This document shows positions 1-14,941 of a DNA stretch of 64,000 nucleotides, one piece after another. This DNA comes from Eledone cirrhosa (lineage: Eukaryota). The notes below the pieces were generated by a model. The model did no database searches. It had not been told where the DNA came from and saw only the letters and a program-made list of their open reading frames with translations. The stretch spans positions 8,928,001-8,992,000 of the forward strand of contig OZ024763.1 of the NCBI GenBank assembly GCA_964016885.1, written 5' to 3'. Both the position numbers and the translations under genes were made by a program. How positions within the stretch are numbered: position 1 is the stretch's first letter; every line of letters begins with the position of its first letter.

Positions 1-2320
1 TGAAAATGACTCTAAATTGGCTAAAATTTGATTATAAATTACTAAAATGACTTTAAAAGGGCTAAAACGACATCATAGATGACGAAAATGACACTAGATT
101 GAGTAAAACGGCATCATAAATGACTAAAATGTCTCTAAAATAGCTAAAACAGCATCATAATGGCTAAAACACTATCACAAATGAAGAAAATGACTCTAAA
201 ATCGCTAAAACAGCATCATAAATGACTAAAATAACACCAAAATGGCTTAAACAGCATCATAAATAACTAAAACGTCTCAAAAATTTCGTAAACGTCATCA
301 TAAATGACGAAAATGACTCTAAAATGGCTAAAACAGCATCATAATGGCTAAAACACTAGCATAAATGAGGAAAGTGACTCTACAATGGCTAAAACAGCAT
401 CATAAATGACGAAAATGACTCTAAAAGGGCTAAAACGGCATTATATATAACTAAACGACTCTGAAAACGCTAAAACAGCATCATAAACGACCAAAATGAT
501 TCTTAGATGGCTAAAACAGCATCATAAATGACTAAAACGACTCAAAAATGTCTAAAGCGGTATCATAAATGACGAAAATGACTCTAAAATGGCTAAAACT
601 GCATTATAAAAGACTAAAATGACTCTAAAGGGGCTAAAACGGCATCATAAATGACTAAAACGACACAAAAATATGTAAAACGCCATCATATATGACGAAA
701 ATGACTCTAAAATGGCTAAAACAGCATCATAAATGACGAAAATGACGCTTAAATGGCTAAAACAGCATCATAAATGAGTAAAATGAGTCATTTATGAGGC
801 CGTTTTAGCCATTTTGGAGTCATTTTAGTCATTTATGATACCGTTTTTGCCATCTTAGAGTCATTTTAGTCATTTATAATGTAGTTTGTCCCATTTTAGA
901 ATCATTTTGATCGTTTATGATGCCGTTCTAGCCATTTTAGTGTCGTTTTAATCATATAAGATGCCGTTTTAGCCATTTTAATGTCATTTTCTTCATTTAT
1001 GATAGCGTTTTAGCCATTATGATGTTGTTTTAGCAATTTTAGTCTCATTTTATTCATTGATGATGCCGTTTGAACCATTCTGGAGTCATTTTACTCATAT
1101 ATGGTGCCGTTTCAGCCATTTTAGTCATTCATGATGCCGTTTTAGCAATTTAGAGTAGTTTTAGTCCTTTCTGATGCTGTTTTAGCCATATTAGAGTGAT
1201 GTTAGTCATTTATGATGCCGTTTTAGCCATTTGAGAGTGACTTTAGTAATTATTGATGCCGTTTTAGCTATTTTAGAGTCATTTAATCAATTATGATGCC
1301 GTTTTACTCATTTTAGAGTTAATTTAGTCATTCATGATGCTGTTTTAGCAATTTAGAGTAGTTCTAGTAATTTATGAGGCTGTTTTAGCCATATTATAAT
1401 GACTTTAGTAATTTATGATGCCGTTTTAGCCATTTGAGAATCACTTTAGCCATTTATGATGACGTTTTAGCCATTGTAGAGTCTTTTAATCACTTATGAT
1501 GCCATTTTAGCCATTTATGATGCCGTTTTAGTCGTTCTAGAGTCATTTTCGTCATCTATGATGCCGTTTTAGCTATTTTAGAGTCGTTTTAGCCATTTTT
1601 TTCATTAATGATGCCGTTTCGGCCATTTTAGAGTCATTTCAGTAATTTATGATGCCGTTTCGGCCATTTTAGAATCATTTTAGTCATTTATGATGCCGTT
1701 TTAGCCATTTTAGAATTATTTATTCATTCATGCTGCCGTTTTATCCAATTTAGAGTCATTTTAGTAATTCATGATGCCTCTTTTAGCCCTTTTAGAGTCA
1801 TTTATTCATTTCTGATGCCGTTTCAGCCATTTTAGAGTCATTTTCATCATTTATGATGGCGTTTTAGACATTTTAGTGTCGTTTATTCATTCATGATGCC
1901 GTTTGAGCCCATTTAGAGTCATTTTACTCATTTATGGTGCCGTTTCAGCGATTTTAGAGACATTCATGATGTCGTTTTAGCAATTTAGAGTAGTTTTAGT
2001 CATTTCTGATGCTGTTTTAGCCATATTAGAGTGATTTTAGTCATTTATTATGCCGACTTAGCCATTTGAGAGTCACTTTAGTCATTTATAATGCCGTTTT
2101 AGCCATTTTTCAGTCGTTTTAGTCATTCACGATGCCGCTTTAGTCATTTTGGAGTTATTTTAGTGATTTATGATGCCGTGTTAGTCATTCTAGAGTCATT
2201 TTCCTCATCTATGATGCCGTTTTAGCTATTTTAGAGTCCTTTTAGTCATTTATGATGCCGTTTTAGCCATTTTTGTCATTCATAGTGGCTGAAACGGCAT
2301 CATGATATGACAAAAATGGG
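1..2320. repeat. Satellite A, ~41-bp unit, with an orientation inversion at ~787
   Basis: Unit GCATCATAAATGACTAAAATGACTCTAAAATGGCTAAAACG repeats through 1-787; its reverse complement (CATTTATGATGCCGTTTTAGCCATTTTAGAGTCATTTTAGT) repeats through 788-2280; a short flip back occurs at ~2285-2320. Confidence 0.95.
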
Positions 2321-5300
2321 TATTAGTAGATTATATGGCATATATAGTAAAGAAATAGCTTATAAATGATGAGAACTCTTTAATTCGAATCAAATAGTAG
2401 TATATATGCAATATTTAATACAGAAATGACTTCTACAAGAATAAAACTCATTAATATGAGGTGTATTAGTACATTATATGGCATAATTATTACGGAAATG
2501 GCTTCTAAATGCAGGGAACACATTAATTCGATGGAAATAGTAGTGTATATGCAATATGCAATACAGATATGGCTTCTACAGGACTAAAACTCATTAATAT
2601 GAGGGGTATTAGTAGTATATATACCATATTTAATACGGAAATGGCTTTTAAATGTAGAGAAATCATTTTTTCGATGGAAATAGTAGCGTGTATGCAATAT
2701 TTAATACAGATATGGCTTCTACAGGACTAAAACTCATTAATATGAGCGGTATTAGTAGTATATATGGCATAATTAATACAGGAATGACTTCTAAATCCAG
2801 AGAACTCATTTATTCTATGGAAATAGTAGTGTATATCCAATATTTAATACAGATATGGCTTCTACAGAACTAAAACTGTGGGGTATTAGTAGTATATATG
2901 CCATATTTAATACAGAAATGGCTTCTAAAGGCCTAGAACTCTTTAATTCCAATCAAATAGTAGTATATATGCAATATTTAACACAGAAATGGCTTATACA
3001 AGAATAAAACTCATTAATCTGAGGGGTATTAGTACATTATATGGCATATTTAATACGGAAATGGCTTCTAAATGCAGGGAACTCATTTATTTGTTGGAAA
3101 TAGTAGTGTATATCCAATATTTAATACAGAAATGGCTTCTACAGGACTAATAATCATTAATATGAGGGGTATTAGTAGATTATATACCATATTTAATACA
3201 GGAATGGCTTCTAAATTCAGAGAACTCATTTATTTGATGGAAATAGTAGTGTATATCCAATATTTAATACAGAAATGGCTTCTACAGGACTAATACTCAT
3301 TAATATGAGGGGTATTAGTAGATTATATACCATATTTAATTCAGAAATGGCTTCTAAAGGACTAGAACTCTTTAATTCCAATCAAATAGTAGTATATATG
3401 CAACATTTAATAGAGAAATGGCTTCAACAAGACTAAAACTCATTAATATGAGGGGTATTAGTAGTATATATGCCATATTTAATACGGAAATGACTTCTAA
3501 ATGCAGAGAACTCATTTATTCGATGGAAATAGTAGTGTATATCCAATATTTAATACAGATATGGCTTCTAGAGGACTAAAACTCATTAATATGAGGGGTA
3601 TTAGTAGTATATATGGCATAATTAATACCGAAATGGCTTCTAAATGAAGAGATATATTTATTTCGATGGAAATAGTAGAGTATATCCAATATTTAATATA
3701 GAAATGGCTTCTACAAGACTAAAACTCATCAATATGAGGGGTATTATTAGTATATATGCCATATGTAATACGGAAATGGCTTCTAAATGCAGAGAACTCA
3801 TTTATTCGATGGAAATAGTAGTGTATATCCAATATTTAATACAGAAATGGCTTCTACAGGACTAATACTCATTAATATGAAGGATATTAGTAGATTATAT
3901 GCCATATTTAATACAGAAATGGCTTCTAAAGGACTAGAACTCTTTAATTCCAATCAAATAGTAGTATATATGCAATATGTAATAGAGATATGGCTTCTAC
4001 AAGAATAAAACTCATTAATATGAGGGGTAATAGTAAATTATATGGCATAATTAATACGTAAATAGCTTCTAAATGCAGGAAACTCATTAATTTGATGGAA
4101 ATAGTAGTGTATATGCAATATTTAATACAGATATGGCTTCTACAGGACTAATACTCATTAATATGAAGGACATTAGTAGATTATATGCCATATTTAATAC
4201 AGAAATGGCTTCTAAAGGACTAGAACTCTTTAATTCCAATCAAATAGTAGTATATATGCAATATTTAATACAGAAATGGCTTCTACAAGAATAAAACTCA
4301 TTAATCTGAGGTGTATTAGTACATTATATGGCATAATTAATACGTAAATGGCTTCTAAATGCAGGAAACTCATTAATTTGATGGAAATAGTAGTGTATAT
4401 GCAATATTTAATACAGATATGGCTTCTACAGGACTAATACTCATTAATATGAGGGGTATTAGTAGTATATATGCCATATTTAATACAGAAATGGCTTCTA
4501 GAAGAATAAAACTCATTAATCTGAGGGGTATTAATACATTATATGGCATAATTAATACGGAAATGGCTTCTAAATGCATGGAACTCATTAATTTGATGGA
4601 AATAGTAGTGTATATGCAATATTTGATACAGATATGGCTTCTACAGGACTAAAACTCATTAATATGAGGGGTATTTATAGTATGTATGCCATATTTAATA
4701 TGGAAATGGCTTCTAAATGAAGAGATCTATTTAATTCGATGGAAATAGTAGAGTATATCCAATATTTAATTCAGAAATGGCTTCTACAGGATTAATACTC
4801 ATTAACATGAAGGGTTTTAGTAGATTATATGGCATATGTAATACAGAAATAGCTTCTAAATGACTAGAACTCTTTAATTCCAATCAAATAGTACTATATA
4901 TGCAACATTTAATAGAGAAATGGCTTCAACAAGACTAAAACTCATTAATATGAGGGGTATTATTAGTATATATGCCATATTTAATACAAAATGGCTTCTA
5001 AATCCAGAGAACTCATTTATTCTATGGAAATAGTAGTGTATATCCAATATTTAATACAGATATGGCTTCTACAGGACTAAAACTGTGGGGTATTAGTAGT
5101 ATATATGCCATATTTAATACAGAAATGGCTTCTAAAGGACTAGAACTCTTTAATTCCAATCAAATAGTAGTATATATGCAATATTTAATACAGAAATGGC
5201 TTCTACAAGAATAAAACTCATTAATCTGAGGGGTATTAGTACATTATATGGCATATTTAATATGGAAATGGCTTCTAAATGCAGGGAACTCATTAATTTG

Positions 5301-6712
5301 TTGGAAATAATAGAGTATATCCAATATTTAATACAGAAATGGCTTCTACAAGACTAAAACACATCAATATGAGGGGTATTAGTAGTATATATGCCATATT
5401 TAATACAGGAATGGCTTCTACATGCAGAGAACTCATTTATTTGATGGAAATAGTAGTGTATATCCAATATTTAATACAGAAATGGCTTCTACAGGACTAA
5501 TACTCATTAATATCAGGGGTATTAGTAGATTATATACCATATTTAATTCAGAAATGGCTTCTAAAGGACTAGAACTCTTTAATTCCAATCAAATAGTAGT
5601 ATATATGCAACATTTAATAGAGAAATGGCTTCAACAAGACTAAATCTCATTAATATGAGGGGTATTAGTAGTATATATGCCATATTTAATACGGAAATGA
5701 CTTCTAAATGCAGAGAACTCATTTATTCGATGGAAATAGTAGTGTATATCCAATATTTAATACAGAAATTGCTTCTAAATGCCTAAAACTCTCTTATTCG
5801 AAGGAAATAGTAGAGTATATACAATATTTAATATATAAAGGGCTTCTACAAAGGAAATAGTAGAGTATGTCCAGTATTTAATAAAGAAATGGCTTCTACC
5901 GGCCTAGATCTGCTTAATTTGACGGTAATAGTAGAGTATATAGAGTATTTAATATAGAAATAGCTTCTAAATGACTAAAACTCTCTTATTTGAAGGAAAT
6001 AGTAGAGTATATACAGTATTTAATACATAAATGTCTTCTAAATTTCCAGAAGTGTTGAATTATTAAGGAAATAGTAGAGTATATGCAGTATTTAATACAG
6101 AAATGGCTTCTACAGGCCTAAAACTGTTCGATTTACAAGGAAATAGTAGCGTATATACTGTATTTAATATAGAAATGGCTTCTACAGGCCTGGAACTGTT
6201 TCATTCGAAGGAAATAGTAGAGTATATACAATATTTAATAAAGAAATGGCTTTACAGGCCTAGAACTGTTGAATTCTGAAGGAAATAGTAGAATATAGAC
6301 AGCATTTAATATAGAAATCGCTTCTACGGTCCTAGAACTCTTTCATTTGAAGAGTATTTAATCTACTAATCCACTCGAAGAAGACAGTTGAAGTCCCGTA
6401 GAATGTACTTCTCTATTTAATATTGAATTTCCTCTATTAATTCACTCGAACGAGATAGTTCTAGAATTGCAGAAGCCATTTCTTTATTAAATATTGTATA
6501 TTCACTACTCTTTCCTTCAATTGAGACAATTCTAAGAAGCAATTTCTACATTAAATATTGAATATACTGCATTAATTATCTCAAACAAGACAGTTCTAGT
6601 CCTGTAGAAGCCATTTCTATATTATATATTGTATATACTCTACTATACCCTTCCAATGAGCCAATCCTTGTGTTTTAGATTAAATATTGTATATATTCTA
6701 CTATTTTATTCA
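2320..6712. repeat. Satellite B, ~71/72-bp monomers in a ~143-bp higher-order unit, with a terminal inverted block
   Basis: AAATAGTAGTATATATGCAATATTTAATACAGAAATGGCTTCTA... recurs about every 71 bp; several diagnostic variants recur at multiples of 143 bp; reverse-complement units (AGAAGCCATTTCTATATTAAATATTG) occur at ~6360-6712. Confidence 0.95.
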
Positions 6713-6789
6713 ACACATCCAATGGTTAATACAGGTAAATACAGCTAAATACAGGCAATTGTATTTAATTTCTGGTGAGATGAAAGAAT

Positions 6790-7015
6790 TTACAATTCCA
6801 AGTGTTCAGTTTCCAATTTATCATCATCATCATCATCATTCTCTTTTCTTACATTGCCATTAGTATCATAATACATCTCAGATTTTCTGTGTATCCGTAC
6901 TGGTCGTGAAGGGGTGGTGCTGGCATGGAGTCGAGCTAACAGCTCCTCCTGACTCAGATCCATAGAACAACGGAACCCAATATTACTTGAAGAATATTCT
7001 GGAGCTTTTCCTTTT
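6790..7015 (-). CDS. SUMF2: SUMF2-like exon 8 (terminal)
   Basis: [19 protein letters not shown]...[18 protein letters not shown]-stop (TAA); TTCAG acceptor. Confidence 0.92.
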
Positions 7016-7159
7016 CTGAAAGAAAAGTTATATCAATGTATATATATTGTATATCTGTATATAATTATGTATATATATATATATGTAGTATGTAAAAGGT
7101 AAACAGAAATAACAACACAATCGGTACAGTATATGGAAGGGATATATTAGGTTAACGCT

Positions 7160-7193
<34 letters not shown>

Positions 7194-7473
7194 TATATAC
7201 ACACACATATATATATATATTATCATCATCATCATCATCATCATTTTATGTCTGCTTTTCCCTGCTTGCAAGGGTGGGACGGGTCTTACTAAGCACAGCA
7301 TCTCTCCACTTGTCACGGTCCTTCATCATCTCCTCCTTGAGGTCTGCTCTCCCCACCTCTGCCCATGTTTTTCATGGTCTCCCTCAACTACGTCTTTGTT
7401 CTACTGGGATTTTTTGTATATATATATATATATATTTGTGTGTGTATATATATATATATATATAATATATATA

Positions 7474-7530
<57 letters not shown>

Positions 7531-7552
7531 TACACACACATATATATATGTG

Positions 7553-7586
<34 letters not shown>

Positions 7587-7651
7587 ATATATATATGTGT
7601 GTGTGTATATATATATATAATACACACACATATATATATGTGTATATATAT

Positions 7652-7698
<47 letters not shown>

Positions 7699-7749
7699 TG
7701 TGCATGTGTGTGTGTGTGTATATATATATAGTATACACACATATATATG

Positions 7750-7785
<36 letters not shown>

Positions 7786-8194
7786 ATGACTTTAATGGAA
7801 TTCAATCTGTGGTAAACAGTTAACAAATTGTTTTGTTTGAGGTTCCCTACTTCAATCCCTCAGCTCCTTCTACTCATCTAAGTGTCCCTGGTCCCTATTA
7901 CATATATTTGTTCGTTGCTCTGAGGAACCAATCAAAAGACATGACAAAACAACTCAATGTAAGAGATGAACTGATTGGTCCATGTTTACCTGTTGGCTGT
8001 ACGTATCACATAGTTGTAGTCACCATCACGTGTATCAATGAAAGATCCTCCCTTTAGTACGATTCTCCGCGGTTGGCTGTTACGGTCAATGACTCTATCA
8101 AAGTACAACGAGGATGTCCACTCCCAGACATTACCCAGCATGTCATACATTCCTGATATAAAAGACAGACAATAAATAAATATATATATACATG

Positions 8195-8278
<84 letters not shown>

Positions 8279-11250
8279 CATGTGTATGTATATATATATA
8301 TACATGTATATCATCATCATCATCATCATCGTTTAACGTCTATATTCCATGCTAGCATGGGTTTGGACGGGAATTTTCCCACTTGAGGCAAGATTGGTTG
8401 TCTTGCTCGTATAGGACTGTCTGGCGGGTTTTCTACGGCTGGATGCCCTTCCTAACACCAACCACATTTACAGTGTGGACTGGGAGGTTTTTACCGTGTT
8501 ACCTACACGGCCACATTACAGCGTGGACTGTGTGTTTTTTTTTTTGTTGTGACACCTACACAACCTCATTTGTTTCGGCCTGGATGTTGCGGTACCAACA
8601 TAACTTTACATTGAAAGGGGTGGTGTGGATGGGGTGGGGGTAGTGGGACGGGGGGTGTATTTTTGTTAGAGGTGCCTACTTACTGTAGGTTTCACTTTGT
8701 ACTTAGGCAAGGCGGGTCTTCTGTATTACTGTGTAGTGCCAAAGATCTCGGTCCAGTGACATTGTCTTAGAGAGGTGTAAGTGTGTGAGGTCGGAATTTA
8801 TCAAGTCATCCCAGGTTTTTCTGGGTCTGTCTACTCCATGGCTACCGTCTATTTTTATCGCCCTGCACTTTTTTTATACAGCTGTTGTCTTTCATGCGCA
8901 TCACGTGACCATACCAACATCTGATTCCTCTTATTCCTAATTTCTCCCTTAGTTCATTTATGCTTTGCCATTCACGTATATTACTATTACAAATCCAATG
9001 GAGCATGCAAGCTTCGTTCCTCTCCAGTCTGCATATATCCTCTGCACACAATTCCCAAGTCTCACTGCCATGTAACATTGTTGTTCGTATGCAGGCATCA
9101 TACAGCCTGCCTTTCATTTTTAGAGAGAACCCTTTAGTGGCCAATAGTGGTATAAGCTCTCTGAACTTCTTCTATTCCGTTCTGACTCTAGCTACTGTAC
9201 TTTCAGAGCACCCTCCACCACTGCTGATTTTGTCACCCAGGTAACGGAAGGTGTCCACTATTTCTATAGAACCATCTGTGCAATGGAATGAGCTAGTATT
9301 CTGTGGGCACTTGCTGCTACTTATTGCACCTGAGCACCGGCCACATATAAAATCTATATTCTTAGTTAGCTTACCTGTGATCCCACTACATCTTTTATGC
9401 ACCCATACTTTGCATTTGGGACATAAAATGGAGTTTCTGCTTACTCCTTTCCTACACACTGAGCATGGCCATTTCCCAGATGGGACCGGTGCCCTATTTT
9501 CCTTCCTACAAACTAGAACTTTAGTGTTAGACAGGTTAATTTTAAGGCCTTTTGATTCTAGGCCATGCTTCCATGTTTGGAATTTCTTCTCTAGTTCGGC
9601 CATTGATTCAGCTATGAGCATTAGATCATCTGCATATAGGAGTTCCCATGGGCAGCCGGTCTTGAACTCCTCTGTTATAGCCTGAAGTGGCAATAATAAA
9701 TAGGAGGGGGCTAAGGATGGAGCCCTGATGAACACCAACTTTTACGCTAAACTCTTCACTATATTTGTTGTTAATTCTAACCTTGCTGACTGTTTCTTTA
9801 TACATGGCTTGTATAGCTCTCACAAGCCATTCATCAACACCTAGTTTTCTAAGAGCCCACCAGATAACGGAGCGGGGGACTCTGTCAAAGGCTTTTTCCA
9901 CGTCAACAAAAGCTAAGTATAGGGGTTTACTTTTAGCTAGGTACTTCTGTAGTTGTCGTACAATGAAAAGAGCGTCTGTGGTACTTTTACCTGACACAAA
10001 CCCGAACTGCATTTCATCTAGATCAATTCGCTCTCTGATTAGTTGCGCTATTACTTTTTCTGTGACCTTCATGACCTGGTCGATTAATTTAATGCCTCTA
10101 TAGTTACCCCTATCTAGGGCATCTCCTTTATCCTTGTAGCAGTTAATGATGATGCTGCTATACCAGTCCTTCAGAACAACCCCATTCTGTATGACTTGGT
10201 TTACTATCCGGGTGACCATAGTGTGTCCCACCGTTCCAGATGCTTTCAGCATTTCAGCAACTATTTCCGAAGGCCCAGCCGCCTTTCTCGTCTTCATATC
10301 TTTGATTGCCTTACTTATTATACTACCTTCAACTAGCACTGCTGGTCCCTCTATTGGATCGATGTGGGGGAGACTGTCTTTCTCCCAATTATTCTCCTCA
10401 TTTAGTAGCCTTTTGTAGTGACACTTCCAAGCTACCTTCTTATCAGCATCAGTGATAGCAAGTACACCATCATCATAAAGGACACACTTCTCCCTGACAA
10501 TATCACGGTTTTCCTTGACACATTGCCTAGCAATCCTGAACACCTCATGTTTTTGGTCCTCGCGTTGTAGAACATGCTTGAACTTTCTTTCCTCTACTTC
10601 CCTTCTTGTAAAGTACACTTGTCTCCTAGCTTCCCTCCTGGCCACTTGATAGTGTTCTCTACTTCCCCCATCCCGCTATACTTTCCAAGCATGCTTTTTG
10701 GCCTTAATTGACTCCTCCACCTTACTGTTCCACCACCATATTACTCTCCTCCTGCCTATAGGCCTGCTCCAGCCACAGACATCATCTGCCGCCTTCAGTA
10801 GGTTAGCTTTCAGGAATTCCCACTGTTCCTCTATATTGTACGACTGTAATTGCTCTTCCTTACTGTCAAAAGCATCAAGTAATATGCTTTTAAATTTATT
10901 ACTGGCTGTGGGGTCCTTTAGCTTCCATATTTTTCTCCTGAGGATAGTCCTCCTCTGTTGTCGAGTACATCTTGTACTGACTATGAGGTCGCTGACTATG
11001 AGTCTATGTTGGGAGGTGCATTCTTCATGGGGGAGGGATTTAGTGTTTACAACAGACACTCTATCACGTCTTCTGGTAAGGATATAATCTATCTGACTGG
11101 GATGTTCCCCTGATCTATAGGTGATCAAGTGATTGTCTCATTTAGTGTTACAGATAGTTAGGTTATTTGCGTCACAGAATTCCAGGATTCTGGAGCCTTC
11201 CTCATTTGTAGTACCAAACCCATAGCCTCCATGGATTCCGTCATAGCCAT

Positions 11251-11306
<56 letters not shown>

Positions 11307-11375
11307 ATTGTATATATATATATATATACATGTATATATATATATGTGTATATACATATATATATATATATATAT

Positions 11376-11435
<60 letters not shown>

Positions 11436-11482
11436 ATGTATATATATATATATATACATGTATATATATGTGTATATACATA

Positions 11483-11555
<73 letters not shown>

Positions 11556-13751
11556 GATAACAGGTTATCGTTATAGGCTTAGATGTAGTCCAGTTAGAGT
11601 ACTCCGTGTAGTGGATAGTACTAACATGTGGCTTAGTTTGACTCAACAAGACATTTCCATAGTGATGCTGTGAGTTCGCAGTGATTTCTATGTAGTTTAT
11701 ACTTGGAGTAATAATAATTCAAGAAAGAGTGACATGGTTCGCTATACAATAAGGGCTTTATTCACATTGCTGACAACTGTTTCTTTGATCTGGTAGGTCT
11801 AGAGTTCGCTACCCGCTTGATTTTGCGTCAACAATCAATTGTTTATAACCAGTTGTTTTCATCAGAGCACGCGAAAGTGAAGAAGATACACAAGGCATGG
11901 CTTTTATATAGGAGTGGTATTAAACCAGAACAATAATATCAATAATAACATAAAATAACTAGATAGTAAATATTTAAAATAATAACATCAATATAAGTAA
12001 GAAATAGAGTATAATGATGAATCTAGCATGTTAAACGAACTGATATTATACAGATGTATGAAATTGACATGTGAAAACTGCTATAGGGTACATTAGATAT
12101 AGTGTTAAGGTGGCGAAGAGATAACAGTAACAACTAAAATGTACTTGGAGTCAGGATTTATGTGGTATCTGCTTTGCTGTAGGTATGCTGGCAATAAACC
12201 GGAGATTTCCTTATTGTTTGACAGATAAACATTTTCGTTGTATTAATTTAGTGTGAATGATAGTTTTTATGTGGTGTTAAGTGGAGTTGTAGATTCGTTA
12301 TTTAAGCGGCCTATACTAAAGGTAAGGATTGTTAGTTCGAATCATGGGGGTTTAGTTTTCACAGCATCAATAACAAATTGTGTATAAATAAGACAACCTT
12401 TACAATCTTGAATTGCTGCATATCTTAAGGAACGATAAAATGCCACTCAACAGCAAAATAGAAAGGTCAATTTTCTGCAGACATAGGATTGCTACAAAAT
12501 TCGCGAGATTTAAACTACCATGATTCGAACCAATATCACTTAGCTTTTAACATATGAAATCCGCCTTCTCACACAGCCCACTACAGAACCATAATCTTCT
12601 ATAAACACCTTCTAGCCTCCCTAATTCTATACCACTGGGATGTGGTAGTAATGTCTACAACTATCTTATCAGCCCATAAATCAATCCCATCTTTGCTGCT
12701 GTTCACTCCTTCGGACCAAACAATTATATCTCACATTAGCACTCTTGATCTATAATAGATGAACTTAATTCTAAGTACATTATCTTATTATTCCTATACT
12801 CCTTGAAATCTTACTTTCCTCTTATTATTATTATGAACATCTCAATGTATCCCTAATATTATTCATCATGTTCTCTAAATCTACCATGCATATTTTACTA
12901 TTTTATTACCTTTATTGTCTCTATTATTGTTGTTATTATTGTCTTATTTATACACGATTTGTTATTGATGCTGTGAAAACTAAACTCCCATGATTTGAAC
13001 TAACAATCCATACCATATATATATATATGTGTGTGTGTGTAGTGAAATCTGTCCACACCTTGAACCTTGGATGACACCTAAAGGTAAAACTCTAGGTCAC
13101 CACCCTTTTGGTGCGAACAGGTTCATGCGTGGGCTATCTCCACAAGGTGGGAGACAGAAAGCGACAGCTATATAAAATCTGTATCATCCCATGTTTATAC
13201 AGAGCGATCGGAGCAGTACGCTATTACAAGCTATGTGAAAGATTCACCGCTATCTACAGGCCACAGAGGTCTACAGTCACTACAGACCATTCAGAGGTCT
13301 ACAGACATATAGAGAGATTGGAGCATTTATGTCTACAATAAGCTTTGTAAAGATTCACCGCTATCTACAGGCCCCAGTGGTCTACAGCCAACTACAGACC
13401 ATTCAGAGGTTGCAGGCTAAACCAGACTCACGAAGAGAACTACTACCCCGGACTGCAGCCACCAACAACTTTATCTGGCCGCTCGCTGTTTTCATATCAA
13501 AAATAAAACAACATTGTCAACCTTCGCTACTCGTGGTAACTTGTTTATTCTTCTTTTTGACTCAAGTGAAGTAAACTTATATAAATTAAATCATCAGCTA
13601 TTCTTGTTATTTCATCTAACAATCATGTTAAATTCTTCTAACAACTTCTTACTAATACCCTTTGTTAAATATGTATATATATATATATACACATATGTAT
13701 ATATATATATATGTATGTGTATATATATATGTGTGTATATATATATATATA

Positions 13752-13783
<32 letters not shown>

Positions 13784-13791
13784 CATATATA

Positions 13792-13856
<65 letters not shown>

Positions 13857-13857
13857 T

Positions 13858-13939
<82 letters not shown>

Positions 13940-14385
13940 CAGTTAAATAGAAATATCCAATAGTTATATGTGGTTGTGGTTATTTAAGAAGACTGCTCAC
14001 TCACCATAGTCATTCTGCGGAGGAAATGCATCAACAGGACTTGTTCCAGCCCAACCATCGTATTTTTTATCTTCATCAGGATATTTTCCCTGTGTTAACA
14101 GAATTGGACAAATGGAATTGGTAAAGTAGAACCAAGAATTGAATGGAATATACTTATATATATACATACATTATGATGGCTGCCCCCTCGTTACCGAGTA
14201 TGGCCATTGCATGATATACCATTATTAATAATTATTAATTAATTCTATCGTGCAATGCCTGAGCATGAAGATATTTTTTAAAGTGAGGAAAGACTGTGCA
14301 CTGAACCAATCCCACTCTCTGAGCTATTACCCGAAAAGAAGAAAAGATCAACATCATCAGTAACTACTGAGCCACAGTATATACA

Positions 14386-14421
<36 letters not shown>

Positions 14422-14752
14422 TATATATATGTGTTGTTTCCTTGAGCAAAACACTTTATTTCACATTGCTCCAGTTTACTCAGCTGTACAAATGAGATGA
14501 TAGGAATGGGGTTCCTATCATTCCACTGCAAAGTGGTCGTGGAGGTGCCATGGCAAAAAAGCACCCAGGCTACACTGTAAAGTGGACGTGTAGCTGCCAC
14601 AGAAAAAAGCACCCAGCACTCACTGCAAATGAGGTTGGTGTTAGGAAGGGCATCCAGCTGTAGAAATCAAGCCAGAATCAGTTCTCATCCCACCCTTGCA
14701 CGCAGGGAAAAACGGACGTGAAATGATGATATGATGATGATGATGATATATA

Positions 14753-14815
<63 letters not shown>

Positions 14816-14909
14816 ATATATATATGATGATGATGACGATGATACATATATATATATATATATTAATATATATATATATATACACACACACATATATATA
14901 TATATATTA

Positions 14910-14941
<32 letters not shown>

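Noticed and set aside
2688-5643. Repeated 60-77 aa ORFs (MAST/NTEMAS peptides)
   Set aside because: Chance frames in satellite B; frequent stops and no splice structure.
7365-7826. YIYIYI-type ORFs here and at 11138-11673, 13514-13963, 28122-28683, 48857-49603 and elsewhere
   Set aside because: Translations of (TA)n/(TG)n microsatellites.
7990-8152. Calling the gene SUMF1 (active FGE)
   Set aside because: It lacks the catalytic cysteine segment after KGGS; the IDT.DG motif and xxEL end are SUMF2-type.
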